From assembly GCA_009914755.4 (NCBI GenBank), contig CP086569.2, forward strand, positions 4,736,001 to 4,800,000: 64,000 bases of DNA, given 5' to 3'. Shown one piece after another: positions 62,063 through 64,000 of this stretch; position 1 is the stretch's first letter; each line of letters opens with the position of its first letter. Made by a program: the position numbers and the translations under genes. The notes below the pieces were generated by a model. It did no database searches. It had not been told where the DNA came from and saw only the letters and a program-made list of their open reading frames with translations. This DNA comes from the human T2T-CHM13v2.0 reference genome, Homo sapiens.

Positions 62063-64000
62063 TTATTTTATATTGAGAATGCTCTCTAGTCTTCTGGTTA
62101 TGTTATACTGCCTGACCTAATTTTCAAGACTGTAGTATTACCTATAATCTTTATGAGATTTATTGTTTTACCTGTCTTCAGCTTCTATTTTAGAGATGGA
62201 ATGGATCCTTAAAGATCATGTAGTATCCTAGTCTGCCTCTATTATTTGACAAATGATGGAACCAAGGCCCAGAGAAAGAACTGACCTTTAATGAGCAGCT
62301 ATTTTATGTCAGGTAATGTGCTAGGTACCATACCTATGTTAGTTCTTTATCTCAGAGAGGTTATAACATTAGTAAGTGGCAGAGAGACAGTCTATAGTTA
62401 AGTCTGATTGACTCTTAAGTTCTCCTTCCACTATACTACATCAGAATTCTGGCAGATCCATGGCTCCCCAATCTCCTGGTTTGAAGTCCATAGGCCCTTC
62501 CCTTTTAGCACTAACCTATTACATTTCTCCTCTGCTCTATAAAACACGAAGTTCAATTATATTTTCCCAACACTCTTTGCACCTTCCTAGATGCATTCTC
62601 TTCTATTTAAGCTCAGGCAGATAATCTTGTATATGATTATTTTTATTAGATTTTCATAAAGTTGGCAAGCACTACATTCATTCTGGAAGCTACTATTATT
62701 AGCAGATATTTGCCGTGGAGCATAATTTCCTATGAACACATCAGTTGGGAAATGCAAATAGCATAGACAAGGAAGTCTTTCTTCCTTCACCTACTCCCAT
62801 TTCTAATATATGAACCCAGGACAAACTTTGAAGATAGTAGCTATTCAAAAAGTTTTAACTGAACTTTCTGCAGATATTGTGTTGCAAGCCCTAGCTCTGT
62901 TTTCCATTCTGCCTTTGCAATCTTTAAAATATAATATGATTCTAATGTCCTGCAGTTTGGTAAGTCACAGGATGAGTTTGATGGAGGAGGGAATATATAT
63001 ACATCACCAAATCTAAGTGTAAAGTAATTTTGACATCAATTTATAATGAAAAGGAGCATTTTGATACATTAAATATAGCTATGAATTTCTACCTAGCCTG
63101 ATTAGACTTTTTGGTAATCACCAGAAATATATATCAAATATGGATCATCAGATATCTATAGAAGGGAAGGAAAGTTATCAATTCAAACAATATGAATTTT
63201 CAATTTAGTCAGAATTACTAACTTTTGCTTATATAACATAAATTGGAAATATATTTTGTTTCTGGATTGTGCTTCCTAATTTAACTATTTAATTCATATG
63301 TAACAATTGCAACATTAATTTTTAATATTGTCAAAGATATACAATGCCATACTATAAATACATTTTGTTCCAAAGAGGCAAAGTTCATCATTTATTTAGG
63401 AAGCTGCATTAACTCCTTACGTCCACTTAGGGAACATACATCAAATGCCTCTGCTACATTAAGTTCTAGAAATTAGAATTTATAAAAAGGAGAAAAAGAG
63501 GGAAGGATTAATTCAAGGAAAATTCTGTGAGTGTTTGCTAGGTGCCAGGCATAGTGCTAGGCACACTGAAAAGCAAGGTGTGGTGGGCCATGACTGGGCT
63601 TTAAAGACAGACCTTTTTTTTTCCAAATCTGGATTTGCAGGTTTTAGCTGCATGGTCTTTATCCTGTTTGAACCTCAGGATCTTCATCTTTCTAGTGATA
63701 TCAAGATGTCTAATCAACAGGATCATGAGGAGTAAATTAGATAGTATAAAAAAATGTACATAGCACAGCATAAAGGAGTCAATAAGTATAAGACTTCTTC
63801 TACATAGATGAACTCATCTAATCTTCTTATAATATTACGAGCTAGATATCATTGGTATCATACTCATTTTAAAGATTGAGCTCTCAGAGAGCTCAATAAT
63901 TTGCCCCAGCCGAATTTAGCCAATTTCTTGTTCATTCTCCTGTACCAAAGCTATCTCAGATCAACAGTCTAGGTGATTCTACTTTATTAACTGCTTAATT

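Overview
This window is human genomic DNA from the protocadherin-11 X/Y gametolog locus, not a prokaryotic region. The most likely assignment is PCDH11Y in the X-transposed region of Yp11.2, with PCDH11X at Xq21.3 as the alternative. Two coding exons of one plus-strand gene are visible. The first coding exon (ATG 354 to a GT donor at 990) encodes the signal sequence and the start of cadherin repeat EC1. The large exon (acceptor AG 41748-41749; exon 41750..44242) encodes the rest of the ectodomain, with DxNDN cadherin repeats, then the transmembrane helix and the proximal cytoplasmic tail including a poly-lysine run. An in-frame read-through of the 44243 donor gives the short-isoform C-terminus ...[10 protein letters not shown]. 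The intervening ~40.7 kb intron and the downstream intron are AT-rich and packed with primate repeats. These include about 15 Alu elements, several with clear target-site duplications, and a ~13 kb nested cluster of antisense L1 fragments carrying a THE1/MaLR LTR element. There are also several (TG)n microsatellites, a 24-bp x8 minisatellite, a ~120-bp tandem duplication and an AT-rich low-complexity block. Most small ORFs in the supplied six-frame track are translation artefacts of Alu, L1 or THE1 sequence, or of the antisense strand of the large exon. I find no evidence of a novel defence or mobile system. The points of interest are the Y-type N-terminal architecture, the read-through isoform, coding and non-coding repeat instability candidates, and the retroelement structure.
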